64,000 nucleotides of DNA from contig JBHLKM010000003.1 of NCBI GenBank assembly GCA_048886685.1, positions 32,001 to 96,000 of the forward strand, read 5' to 3'. This document shows, in pieces, positions 9,673-20,203 of the stretch; positions within the stretch are counted from its first letter, which is position 1, and each line of letters begins with the position of its first letter. The translations under genes and the position numbers were made by a program. The notes under the pieces are model-generated. The model made no database searches, was not told where the DNA came from, and saw nothing but the letters and a program-made list of their open reading frames with translations. This stretch comes from Candidatus Hodarchaeota archaeon (GTDB lineage Archaea > Asgardarchaeota > Lokiarchaeia > Sigyniarchaeales > SOKP01).

Positions 9673-11409
9673 TTAAGCTTCACCCTCCTTTTTAATTCCA
9701 CCATTACGAGCTACTTCTGGTTTAGTTTCCGTTGCCAATTGACCTGTAGTGGTATCGAACTCATTTCTAACTTTGGCAGTTATTTGCTTAGCGATTTGTT
9801 TTTCAATCTCAGGTCTGTGAATTGAATTCATTGTACAGAAACTTATCTCTTTTACTGTGTCATCTGGCATTGCTACTCCAAAATGTACAATACATCTCTT
9901 GGCTCTTTCAAGATCCATATTATATGCATCTTGGAAGTGCATGCTGGATAGTAATAGTGCACCGTAACTGAATGAGCTTATACTTTCCCAATCTCCCCGC
10001 ATCAATACTCTACTGAACAATTCCATGAGTTTTCCCGGTTTTTTCATGTATTGTAGTACGCCAAGTAAGAATCGCGCCCGAAGTTGAGTTTTATCAAGAA
10101 AATTTAGCCCCTTATCAAGAGTTTTTCCAAAATCTCCTAATAAATCTTCAAAAATTCTAAGCGGTTTCTTTTCCTTGTCTTTAATTTTAGCCCAAAAACG
10201 ATTGGCAAAATCTATAACTTTTAACGGGTCAAAATAGTCCATTATTGGTGCCATCTCTCCTGAATCGGGGTCTACTATCATGTATGAAGCGAAACCACAG
10301 TCAGGATGGCATGTAAACTCGATAGGTTCAACATCTGCTAAATAGGCTATAACTCTCCCAAACTCCACGATGGTGGTAAGTGGGTACCATGCGTTCTCCA
10401 TACTGATTTTTCCACCTGTTTGTCTCTCAATTGCTTTGAGAATATCTGCATTAGTAATACGGAGCTCTTCACGTTCTTCGAAAGCAATCCGACCGCATAA
10501 GGAAACTGGCTGAAATGTGATTCCTCGTACAACATCAATATTATCAATTGAATACTGAATGATATTACCAACCTCGATATCTGTAACTCCCTTAGCAATT
10601 GTAGCAACTAATACGATTGAATTAAGCTTTGCTTTTCGGCAATTATCAATAACTCTTTGCTTATACGACATTAAATTCTTAATTCCACGAGTCTTTTCGT
10701 ATGTAATATCATTAATCCCATCAAACTGAAAGTATAGTGTATCTAAGCCCATTTCTTTGCATTTTTTAGTGAATTCCAAGCCACCATTTTTGCGTTGAAA
10801 TCCGTAACCATTAGTAGCGACTATTACCTCTTTAAAACCATGATCTTTAGCCATTTTACAAATCTCAGGGAAATCTTTTCTAACCGTGGGCTCTCCACCG
10901 GTAAACATAATAGCAACTGCGGGAATTGGTTTACTCCTAAAGTGTGCCATTATTCTATCGATTTCCTCTAGGGTTGGTTCCACAAGATATCCACTCTGCA
11001 ATACATTTGCATAGCAAAAATTACAGTTAAAATTACATCTATTTGTGAGATCAATTAAAGCTAATGAACATGTTGATATATGTTGTTCACAGAGACCACA
11101 ATTATATGGGCATCCTCTTGGGTCATCTCCTATAAAATCTGGAGGATTTGTTTCTCCATCTTTATCAAACTGCCACACAATATTTCCATCTTTGTCTCTT
11201 ATAGCATAATGCGTCCATTTATAATATTTAGCAGAACTACTAAGTAAATCTTTAAAGTCACCATGATCCTCGCATGTCTTTCTCATCCATATTTTCTGAT
11301 CATCTTCATAGATTTCAGCCGAAATTGGTTGTAGGCATTCAGGACATACACTTCTAGTTTTCCGATAATAAGGTACGTTTAAATATTCATCATCGTCTAA
11401 ATGGTACAT
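9673..11409 (-). CDS. tes: Radical SAM tetraether (GDGT) lipid synthase
   Basis: N-terminal SVCPEC...KTC..HG, GCP..CGLC..H, CNFNCNFC SAM motif, CHPDCG, MHFQD.YN...RC..H and FC. Probable start is ATG at 11409 (track start 11454 is TTG). Confidence 0.88.
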   Translation of the reverse strand: MYHLDDDEYLNVPYYRKTRSVCPECLQPISAEIYEDDQKIWMRKTCEDHGDFKDLLSSSAKYYKWTHYAIRDKDGNIVWQFDKDGETNPPDFIGDDPRGCPYNCGLCEQHISTCSLALIDLTNRCNFNCNFCYANVLQSGYLVEPTLEEIDRIMAHFRSKPIPAVAIMFTGGEPTVRKDFPEICKMAKDHGFKEVIVATNGYGFQRKNGGLEFTKKCKEMGLDTLYFQFDGINDITYEKTRGIKNLMSYKQRVIDNCRKAKLNSIVLVATIAKGVTDIEVGNIIQYSIDNIDVVRGITFQPVSLCGRIAFEEREELRITNADILKAIERQTGGKISMENAWYPLTTIVEFGRVIAYLADVEPIEFTCHPDCGFASYMIVDPDSGEMAPIMDYFDPLKVIDFANRFWAKIKDKEKKPLRIFEDLLGDFGKTLDKGLNFLDKTQLRARFLLGVLQYMKKPGKLMELFSRVLMRGDWESISSFSYGALLLSSMHFQDAYNMDLERAKRCIVHFGVAMPDDTVKEISFCTMNSIHRPEIEKQIAKQITAKVRNEFDTTTGQLATETKPEVARNGGIKKEGEA

Positions 11410-11747
11410 TTTATTTACCCCAAATATGTTGTTATTTAATAAGTATTTATTCAAACATGTATTTATACAAAATTAGAAGTGTTTAAATTTAAATCTTTTT
11501 CTACTTTTCCAACTTTTGCGAGTATTATTTGTAAATAAACTCTAAAAAGTAAGCTTTCGGTATCTACTACCATTTTATGACTAGTTGTGAAAAACATGAG
11601 AAGAAAAAGTAAATCTTTCTAATAAAAATAAAACTTTAATTTTAAAAATCTTTTTTTAATAAATTTTTTTTTGATGGATTAAATAAGCGAAAAAAAAGAT
11701 TTTTATGAATTAGCTTCTGCTAAAATCTTTATTTCTTCGTTTGGAAA

Positions 11748-12776
11748 TTACTCTATGATATTATCAATAATGGCTCTTCCCATGATTTTTCCGTTCTTCA
11801 TTTCTTCAAAAACTTCATTGATTTCTGAGAGTTTTGCTGTTCTGCCGACATGAGTTTTAACATTACCTTCTACTGCAAATTTAACTACTTCTCGCATATC
11901 TTCTACAGTTCCCGTTAGGGATCCAGTTATTAGTAAATTATTCATTATTAGTTGAAATGGGGTTAACGTTATTGATCCCTCACTAAATGCTGGCATTCCT
12001 GCTCCAATCAGTGTTCCCCCTACTTTGAGTAATTTAATTCCAAGATTGTAGGCAGGAATGTTTGCTGCAAATATTACGCTTGCTTGAACTCCTCCGAATT
12101 CTTTTGTAACAAAACTCGCAGCTTCATTGGCATCTATTACATGGTCAGCACCGAGTTTATCAATGAACTCTAATTTTTCAGAGCCTACATCGACTCCGAT
12201 GACCTTATACCCGAAACTTTTTGCAATCTGTACCGCATAATGACCGAGTCCACCGGCCGCTCCAATAATGGCTACATTTTTGCCTTCAGATATTCCTAGG
12301 CTCCTAAGTTTTTTAATTGCCCCAAATGCTGTTAAACCTCCACATGCTAAAGGAACTTCTGTATCATTAAGTTCATCAGGGATTTTTACTAACGTTGGTG
12401 CCCAAATGGAAATATATTCACTAAATATCCCGAATATTGGCTGCCTTTTTGAGCAGTAATTCATTTTTCCGGAAAGGCAATACTCACAGGTTCCACACCA
12501 GTGCCCTCCCGTTCCACCGAGACCTAATATAACTCTATCGCCTTTCTGAATATATTCTTCGGCGCCAGGGCCCAATTCTTCAACTATTCCTATACCTTCA
12601 TGCCCTAAGGGAAAAGGAGGTGGTATCTTCATCCAATCTCCAAAAGCAAGATGTAAATCCGAGTGGCAAACACCAGCGGTGGTAATTTTTACTAAAGCTC
12701 GCTCTTCTACTGGGGAAGGTTTAGGAACGTCTAAAATACTTACTTTTCCAATTTCTGTAACTATAGCTGCACGCAT
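11748..12776 (-). CDS. Zn-dependent alcohol dehydrogenase (AdhP-like)
   Basis: GVCHSD, GHEG, C..C..C.......C and GAAGGLG motifs. Confidence 0.93.
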   Translation of the reverse strand: MRAAIVTEIGKVSILDVPKPSPVEERALVKITTAGVCHSDLHLAFGDWMKIPPPFPLGHEGIGIVEELGPGAEEYIQKGDRVILGLGGTGGHWCGTCEYCLSGKMNYCSKRQPIFGIFSEYISIWAPTLVKIPDELNDTEVPLACGGLTAFGAIKKLRSLGISEGKNVAIIGAAGGLGHYAVQIAKSFGYKVIGVDVGSEKLEFIDKLGADHVIDANEAASFVTKEFGGVQASVIFAANIPAYNLGIKLLKVGGTLIGAGMPAFSEGSITLTPFQLIMNNLLITGSLTGTVEDMREVVKFAVEGNVKTHVGRTAKLSEINEVFEEMKNGKIMGRAIIDNIIE

Positions 12777-12869
12777 TTTATTTTTTCCCTTTAATAAATG
12801 TTCGTGTAATTATTATTATTTATTTTCTGATTATAAATAATTTTTCTTAATCCCTAATACCATTTATTG

Positions 12870-13664
12870 CTATTTACCTTTAAACATAGGTTTTCTTTTT
12901 TCAAAAAATGCTTTCAATCCTTCTTGAAAATCTTCAGTTCCAGCAGTCTTTACAATGTGTTCCGCTTCTCTATTTAAATGGGTTTCTAAATTATGGGTAT
13001 AAGACTCTCTTAAGAGCTTCTTAGTAAAAGCAAAGGCCATTGGTGCTCCAAGGCTCAATTCAATGGCAAACTTTTTAACTTCTTCCACAAATTCTCCTGA
13101 TACAACAACCTTATTAACCAAATTAAATTCTAAGGCTTCTTTGGCATTGAGTATTCTGTGAAGAAAAAACATTTCATTTGCTATACTTAAACCTACAAGT
13201 TTGGGAAGATGAAAGGTAGAAGAAGAATCTGGAGAGAGTCCTATTCGTGTGAATGCGCATCCAAACGTAGCATTTTCCGAGCTTATTCTAAAATCACAAG
13301 TAGTGGCATATCCCAGGCCTGCCCCAAAACAGGCACCATTTATCGCAGCAATAGTTAGTTTATTCATATTTTTGAGAATTTTTATCCCTTTATGTAATCT
13401 ACTTGCTATTTCAGCCATGAATTCATCAGGAACTTCTGCCTTTTGAAATTCGACAACATCTCCTCCAGCACAGAAAGCTTTTCCTCTTCCAGTAAGAATT
13501 AAACATCTAATTATAGGACTTTCTGAAATTTCAATAAAAGCTGTAATGAGTTCATCAAGAAATTCAATATTGAATGCATTTAATTGCTTAGGGCGATTGA
13601 AATAAATAACTGCTAATTTATTTGATTCATCAATATCCACTTCAATTGATCTATAATCTTTCAT
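12870..13664 (-). CDS. Enoyl-CoA hydratase/isomerase (PaaG-like)
   Basis: NRP..LNA, FCAGGD, AAING...GAG, GLSPD and DF.EG..AF.EKR.P.F.G motifs. Confidence 0.92.
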   Translation of the reverse strand: MKDYRSIEVDIDESNKLAVIYFNRPKQLNAFNIEFLDELITAFIEISESPIIRCLILTGRGKAFCAGGDVVEFQKAEVPDEFMAEIASRLHKGIKILKNMNKLTIAAINGACFGAGLGYATTCDFRISSENATFGCAFTRIGLSPDSSSTFHLPKLVGLSIANEMFFLHRILNAKEALEFNLVNKVVVSGEFVEEVKKFAIELSLGAPMAFAFTKKLLRESYTHNLETHLNREAEHIVKTAGTEDFQEGLKAFFEKRKPMFKGK

Positions 13665-13762
13665 AATGTTCAGAATTAATGAATAGATTAATAGATTATT
13701 TATTCAGACTCTAATGAAGATCGAGAAATAGACTCATATTTATTCTAATGATTTAAAAAGGG

Positions 13763-15142
13763 TTACTTGAATTTTTCTTTCAATGACCTTGTTAAATCAT
13801 TCAATTTCTTTGATAATTTTAATTCAAAGGGTTGAACCTCCTCTAAATCTTTATAACTCTCTGGTAATGTCTTAATATTTTCTATATAAAATGATTGAAT
13901 ATCATCGATTTTTGGTAATTTAGTAATTAGATTTCCATTTTTAATGATTGGTTGTAATAATGGAGTTGAATCAGAGGGAGCAGGTTCATCATCAAGAGCT
14001 AAGATATCCTTCTTAAACTTACCGTTTTTATCATATACTCGATAAACCTGCTTAATCCCTGGATAAGTGATTTTTTCTTCACTAATCTTTATTTTTGGAA
14101 TGTTTTTGTACTCAATTAATTTGTAAACACCAGAAATGGTAGGATCATCCCGTGAGGTTGCTAATTCTGTTCCTATTCCGAATGCATCAATTGGTGCATT
14201 TTGATCGATTATTTCTTTAATTTTATACTCATTAAGGTCAGAACTAGCTACGATTAGAACTTTTTCACATCCATTTTGGTCCAGAATTTTTCTAACTTTT
14301 TTCGCATGATTAATCAGATCACCAGAATCTATTCTTACTCCTCGTATTTTATTTCCAAATTGAGCACATTTATCCGCTCCCTTTTCAGTGTTATAAGTAT
14401 CTATTAAAAGTATTGAATTTTCGTCATAAATTTCATAATAAGTTTTAAAACTCTCAATTTCCTTATCGAATTTTTGAACAAAACTGTGAGCCATAGTACC
14501 AGTTGAGTTAATTCCTAATTCAATATCAGCAACGACATTACTAGTTCCATTAAATCCAGCAATATAACTTGCTCTAGCGACATAAACTCCAGCAAGAGGG
14601 CTATGAGATCTCCTTGTGCCAAACTCGAGTAATACTTTATCAGGAGCGATATTTTTGATTCTTGACGCCTTTGATGCAATTAGAGTTTGAAAATTAATTA
14701 CATTTAGTAGGTATGTTTCTGCTAATTGAGCATGAATGATTGGGCCTTGAATCCTCACAATAGGTTCATTAGGAAAAAAGTAGTTTCCTTCTTTCATTGC
14801 CCATACCTCCAAATTAAATTTAAAATTAGGTAGATACACATCAAAGAAACTTGAATGAATTTTTTTAAACACTGGTTTGTTCCTTAAAAAATCAATGGTT
14901 CGTTTTGAAAATTTAGCATTTAGTAAATAATGAAGTGCCTGTTCTAAACCTGCAAAAATTAAATAATTGCGATTTTTAGGAAATTTTCTTATGAAAAGTT
15001 CAAATGTAGCAATTTCATCTTCTTCTTTGATATTATTTTCGAGGTTATATTGAAAATATGCTGCTGACATTGTGAGTTGATAGAAATCAGTACTCAAAAT
15101 CATATTATCGTTATTCACATAACCAGAACTTAAAACTGACAT
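13763..15142 (-). CDS. pncB: Nicotinate phosphoribosyltransferase
   Basis: TDFYQLTM, EFGTRR, GTMAHS, LIDTY, RIDSGD and GVYKL motifs. Confidence 0.95.
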   Translation of the reverse strand: MSVLSSGYVNNDNMILSTDFYQLTMSAAYFQYNLENNIKEEDEIATFELFIRKFPKNRNYLIFAGLEQALHYLLNAKFSKRTIDFLRNKPVFKKIHSSFFDVYLPNFKFNLEVWAMKEGNYFFPNEPIVRIQGPIIHAQLAETYLLNVINFQTLIASKASRIKNIAPDKVLLEFGTRRSHSPLAGVYVARASYIAGFNGTSNVVADIELGINSTGTMAHSFVQKFDKEIESFKTYYEIYDENSILLIDTYNTEKGADKCAQFGNKIRGVRIDSGDLINHAKKVRKILDQNGCEKVLIVASSDLNEYKIKEIIDQNAPIDAFGIGTELATSRDDPTISGVYKLIEYKNIPKIKISEEKITYPGIKQVYRVYDKNGKFKKDILALDDEPAPSDSTPLLQPIIKNGNLITKLPKIDDIQSFYIENIKTLPESYKDLEEVQPFELKLSKKLNDLTRSLKEKFK

Positions 15143-15293
15143 TTTTTTTTTGGGGTTTCTTACTTAGGTTTTTTAATTAAATATTTTAATTCTATCAATT
15201 ATAAACCTTTTTTCTGAAATTTATATGATAAAAAATTAGATAGAACTGAAACTAAAACTTATAGACGTAAAAATTGATAAAAAATTAACTTTA

Positions 15294-16169
15294 CTATTCA
15301 GAATTTAAGTTAGTTAATTTTACACTAATATCCCATAGTTTTTTAGCTAAATCCTCATTATAGGATGCTTTAACAGACTTTGCGACCTTTCTTTTCTTAA
15401 AATATTTACCACTTATACCCTCAATATCAGGAGAAGAAGCACAAAATATAGATGTTTTAGCTCCTCTTTTAGGACTTTTAACAAACAAGCTTATAAATGG
15501 GAAGAAATATTTAACAAATTTTCTGAAATTACGAATCATATTTGTTCTTACATACCCCGGATGAAGGCAGTTTATAGTTACCCCATTACCATCAAATCTC
15601 CTCGCAAATTCATAAGTAAATATAATAATTGCTAATTTAGTCATTGAGTAAGCTTTCATTTGATGGTAGTGTTTTTCTCCATTAAGGTTATCAAAATCAA
15701 TAGATTTAGCTTGTACACTTGAAGCGACGTTTACAATTCTTGCAGTTTTACTTGCTTTAAGTAAATCGAATAACAAATTACATAATAAGAAAGGAGCTAA
15801 ATAATTGACTGCTAGTGTAGTTTCAATCCCTTCTTCCGTTAGTTTACGTTTGCTAAGATTTACCCCTGCGTTATTAATAAGTACATGCAAATACTGATAC
15901 TTTTCATTAAATTCTTTGACAAACTGATGGATTGCTTTTTGAGAAGACAAATCTGCTAACATCAAGTAAACTGATTCATTATTAGATTTTCTTCTAATGT
16001 CATTTAAGGCCCGTTCACCCCTCTCTTTATTGCGGCAGACCATTACTATAGTTGCTCCCATTTTTGCTAATCCAATAGCTGTGGCCTTACCAATACCAGA
16101 ATTTGCGCCAGTAATCATACAGATTTTTCCTATCATCATATCAGATACATGATTATTGACTTTGACCAA
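15294..16169 (-). CDS. Short-chain dehydrogenase (retinol DH-like)
   Basis: TGANSGIG, LINNAG, Y...K and LHPG.V.T motifs. Confidence 0.92.
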   Translation of the reverse strand: MVKVNNHVSDMMIGKICMITGANSGIGKATAIGLAKMGATIVMVCRNKERGERALNDIRRKSNNESVYLMLADLSSQKAIHQFVKEFNEKYQYLHVLINNAGVNLSKRKLTEEGIETTLAVNYLAPFLLCNLLFDLLKASKTARIVNVASSVQAKSIDFDNLNGEKHYHQMKAYSMTKLAIIIFTYEFARRFDGNGVTINCLHPGYVRTNMIRNFRKFVKYFFPFISLFVKSPKRGAKTSIFCASSPDIEGISGKYFKKRKVAKSVKASYNEDLAKKLWDISVKLTNLNSE

Positions 16170-16267
16170 AATGAATCCCTAAATATGAGAAGAGTTAATA
16201 TCCTAATTAAAAGTAAATTAGAGAAGGTTATAAAATTAATAAAATCTTTGAAGTACCACAAACAATT

Positions 16268-17215
16268 TTAGAGCTTTTGAACTTTTCTAATGTTTTTTAC
16301 TATTATTCCCCAGAAATTATCTTTATCAAGTTTACCATTAATACTAAGCTTTTCATTGACTTTTAAATTATTATCATTCTGTAATTTTTCACTTACTCTA
16401 ATTTTTAACTTTTCGACGTTTACAATATCTTCCTCTCGAAAATCACCTTTTCGATATATTCTTGGGCCTAACTTTACATCCTTTAATGTGATATGGTAAT
16501 AAGTAGTTACATTTCCTTGAAAATCTGATTGCCTTTCAACAATGTCCAATATTTCCCCTTCATAGACAGTGATACTAATATTCAGAAATTTAATTAATAA
16601 GGCACTATCAGAACTTTCATCTATTAAACTTATTTTTCCAGCTTCATGTAGTTGCTCTCCACCTATACCCGCAGTCGATATTTTTAGTGGTTTAATACGA
16701 TCCTCAAAGTCATCTGGTAAATTTGTTAATGTCCAATCTTTTAGGTTAAAAAAACCCTCTTTTAATGAAAGAATAAATCCGACCCAAAAATGACTACAAA
16801 AACCCATATTCGAACCAATTCGACAATCGCAATCTCGATCTGGATCATCTATATTTTTGGGTGTAATAGATAAAAAAGAGCTAACCTCCCAATTGAATCC
16901 TTTAAAAGATATTTCGATTTCATGGTTTTCAGGATTCACAATATTGATCTCAGAAACACTTTCTCTATCTTCGCCATTGATTTTTTTTAATGCTAAATTT
17001 ATCCCGTCTAATATGATTTCTAATTCTTTTTGGTCGAGTAAATCTCCTAATTCTTCTTCAGATAAAGAGTCCAGAACAAATTCTATTAATTCAGATTTCT
17101 TCAATCTTGAGAATCCTTTTATCTCAAAATCTCGACATATTTTTTTCAGATCATCAACATTTAAGGAATGTAATAAATAATTCAAATATTTCTTATTATC
17201 CAGCTTCCTTTTCAT
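16268..17215 (-). CDS. HeH/Rho_N-like + SWIM Zn-finger + putative OB-fold protein
   Basis: L.VDDLKKICR...I.G.S.LKKSELI, then CDC.......FCSH (SWIM), then a beta-rich C-terminus. Confidence 0.6.
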   Translation of the reverse strand: MKRKLDNKKYLNYLLHSLNVDDLKKICRDFEIKGFSRLKKSELIEFVLDSLSEEELGDLLDQKELEIILDGINLALKKINGEDRESVSEINIVNPENHEIEISFKGFNWEVSSFLSITPKNIDDPDRDCDCRIGSNMGFCSHFWVGFILSLKEGFFNLKDWTLTNLPDDFEDRIKPLKISTAGIGGEQLHEAGKISLIDESSDSALLIKFLNISITVYEGEILDIVERQSDFQGNVTTYYHITLKDVKLGPRIYRKGDFREEDIVNVEKLKIRVSEKLQNDNNLKVNEKLSINGKLDKDNFWGIIVKNIRKVQKL

Positions 17216-17602
17216 TTTTTTAACGCCTAAGATAACAATAAAATAAGATATTACTACTCAATAATAATTTGAAAGGCTAGTTTATAATTGTATCTATCAA
17301 CATGTTTTCGATGTAAATAAATATATTAGTTATTTGAAAAATAGATTAAGCCTGTTTATCAAAATTTACTTTAAAGGAAATTTTATAAAATAAGAAAATA
17401 AGATTAGTAAATCTGTAAAAAAGCTCTCTTTTTTTTATCATTTTTCAATAATAATTTGAAAACAATGCCAAAATCCAGAAATCATTGCTATGCTGAATTG
17501 TATGAAAATGTTTAAATACAAGATTATCCTTTTTAATTAAATATAACTTTAAATAAATAAATCTTTAATTAAGCAAAATTATCTTTTAGGTGGAAATGAA
17601 AG

Positions 17603-17812
17603 ATGAGCTTTGAAAGCCCTGATTTTCTAAAATATTTTGGAGAAATCAAATTTGCCGAAGAGAATAGTATGTGTATAAATGATTTTGAACTTGCTTTAAA
17701 GAAGTATCTATTTGGAAAGAAAAAAATTCCAAGTGGGTATTACGAATTTGGTGAAAAAGATAATAATTATCTAAAGGACTTCGAGCGAGCCTTCGAAAAC
17801 TTTTTTAAATAA
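17603..17812 (+). CDS. Small hypothetical protein
   Basis: ORF with AGGTGG SD upstream. Confidence 0.5.
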   Translation: MSFESPDFLKYFGEIKFAEENSMCINDFELALKKYLFGKKKIPSGYYEFGEKDNNYLKDFERAFENFFK

Positions 17813-18029
17813 GGCAAAAAAAATCAAACTGTATTTTTGATAACTTATTTTTACATTCTAAATGTTTGGGTATTATTCATAATTTAATGAGAAACAGTTA
17901 TTATGATAAAAACAATTATAAGCTAAAATAAATAAATTTATTAGACTCACTTATCCATTACTACTTAAGTATATTTAAATAAACTTTATTTTTATACAAA
18001 TATTATATAAAATATAGTCAAACTATTCG

Positions 18030-18494
18030 GTGGGTATGACAGAAGAAGATAGAGATTTTCGTTGGACAATAAAACTGGATTGGTTAAACATCGTAAGTTT
18101 ACTTAACCTAAACAATATTAACCAGATTTCAGAATTCAAAAAAATGAAAGCTATAAGAAGACTTACTAGAGATTACGGTTCGGAAAAACTTATATCTTTT
18201 GAACCAGAATACTTAGAAAAACTAGTAGCAGATGAATTAAAAGAATTAATGAAAAAAGAATTGATGATGAATGCAAAGAAGCAAGAAAAAATAGAGAAAG
18301 AGATACGCAGTAAAGTAATACCATTTCAAAGAGGTGGTATTATTAAAATAGACCCCAGAGACTTGAAAGATTTTAATGGAGATGAGACCGATTTTCTTAA
18401 GTACTTATATAAAAAATTTCTGGGGGATAAGGATGATGATAAAGACGACGATAAAGATAAATTCAGAGAAGATAATACTGGTTATTATATTTAA
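18030..18494 (+). CDS. Hypothetical protein with acidic C-terminal DKDD repeats
   Basis: 154-aa ORF. No family recognised. Confidence 0.6.
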   Translation: MGMTEEDRDFRWTIKLDWLNIVSLLNLNNINQISEFKKMKAIRRLTRDYGSEKLISFEPEYLEKLVADELKELMKKELMMNAKKQEKIEKEIRSKVIPFQRGGIIKIDPRDLKDFNGDETDFLKYLYKKFLGDKDDDKDDDKDKFREDNTGYYI

Positions 18495-18549
18495 TCGAAT
18501 TATATAAATCTATTCTACTTTCTAACATTTCTATGAATTTATAAAAGAT

Positions 18550-20148
18550 CTAGTTGATTTTGGTTTCAATGTGCTTCAGATCTACTTTTTTAAACTTTCT
18601 GTAGCTAATATAGAAGCTCAAATAAAACAAACTAGACCAAATTATCCATGACAACGCCTGAAATACATTGACATTCAAAATATAATTAATATAATCCTCT
18701 AATACATAAAATCCAAGATCATTTAAATCACCCGGAAAATCTATCATTTCTGGATTGAGATTAATCGAAATAACCTCGTGAGTATTGTTTTTTAGAGTCT
18801 TAAAAATATTAGAAGTTGTAAGGTTTGTTGGATCAGCTAACTTAAATTTCACAAAAGTGTTTAAATCTTCATTGGTATGAATATCTGAGCCACCCAAACA
18901 AGTAAGATTATTAGATAAACAATAATCTCTTATCTTTTGATATTTCTCACCATAGCATCCGCCATTAACTATTTCAAAACCATCGACACCCCAATCTCTT
19001 AACTGATCTAGAGAATATGGAACCCCATAACCTCCATTAGGATTTGGAGCATAATTGTAATGATTAATAATAATATAACCTCCATTTGCTTTCACATAGC
19101 TTATTGTATCTGAAGCATTCATAGCTATAGGTCCTCCAGGAGTATATGATTGTAGGGGTACAATCTCTTCTGTGATACCATAATAATTCATATGTATCTC
19201 ATTTGCATTGTCCGTCCATTCCTCTGCCATAAGAATTAAAAAATCTAACCCATGATCCTCAACATACCTTTGAGCCGATTTCGAACCTCTTAAATTGTCA
19301 TGGTCAGAAAAGGCAGCTCCTGAAATTCCCTGTTTTAAATACCATTTTATTCTTTCCTCTACGGTAATCCATCCATCAGAATAAGTTGTATGTACATGAA
19401 AATCAAACATGAATTCATCATCATCAAGAGGTACAATTGGAATTATTTTATGCTGGGGAAAGGGAGTAGAGATTAAGATAATATTAGAACTGAGTAGTAA
19501 GACTCCAATCCCCACAAATAACACGATTTCTCGCTTTATTCCCTCAGGGGGTGATTTTTTTCTGTAAAATGATCTCTTAGATATATTGAGAGATAAACTA
19601 GAATGGACTAATTTAATATACATATAAACTATTTTTATGAAGATGAGAACAATGCTAATGCGGACAGCTAATTGTACAGGCACCATAAAATATCTATTTA
19701 CAAAAAAGTAGCCTTGGATCATAAACCCTATAAGAATATATATTCCAACTAGTAATATAGCGACACTTAATATTTTAAAAGAAAAAGAAATGATATCCAC
19801 TATTAGGTTAGAAATTAGTCTAAATTTTTTTGACCTAAATAAACCTATTCTCTTTAAACATAAATAAATTCCTCTCAAAATTGGATAAAATATCAAAAAG
19901 AGGAACATCCATGTGAATTTATACTCTAAAACATAGCCTATTGCGTAAAAAGGTTCAACAACATACCTCAATAATGGAAGCTTACTTTTGTAATTCGAAG
20001 AAACATCAATCTCTCCAAGAGCATCATAGAAAATAACAGTTCTTCCTCCAATAATAGATAATCCTAAAAGAAAAACAAACCAAAAGAAGAAAGCAATAGA
20101 AATGATAGTAAAAAACTTATTCTTTTTAATTAATGATAGAAATTTCAT
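18550..20148 (-). CDS. Membrane-anchored PHP-domain phosphoesterase
   Basis: N-terminal TM helices. DFHVHT.YSDG, SDHD, E, NH and GGSDIH motifs. Confidence 0.85.
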   Translation of the reverse strand: MKFLSLIKKNKFFTIISIAFFFWFVFLLGLSIIGGRTVIFYDALGEIDVSSNYKSKLPLLRYVVEPFYAIGYVLEYKFTWMFLFLIFYPILRGIYLCLKRIGLFRSKKFRLISNLIVDIISFSFKILSVAILLVGIYILIGFMIQGYFFVNRYFMVPVQLAVRISIVLIFIKIVYMYIKLVHSSLSLNISKRSFYRKKSPPEGIKREIVLFVGIGVLLLSSNIILISTPFPQHKIIPIVPLDDDEFMFDFHVHTTYSDGWITVEERIKWYLKQGISGAAFSDHDNLRGSKSAQRYVEDHGLDFLILMAEEWTDNANEIHMNYYGITEEIVPLQSYTPGGPIAMNASDTISYVKANGGYIIINHYNYAPNPNGGYGVPYSLDQLRDWGVDGFEIVNGGCYGEKYQKIRDYCLSNNLTCLGGSDIHTNEDLNTFVKFKLADPTNLTTSNIFKTLKNNTHEVISINLNPEMIDFPGDLNDLGFYVLEDYINYILNVNVFQALSWIIWSSLFYLSFYISYRKFKKVDLKHIETKIN

Positions 20149-20203
20149 ATTAACTACTTATATTGAACTTCCATATAAATATTAAAAAAACCATTTTAGG
20201 ATT

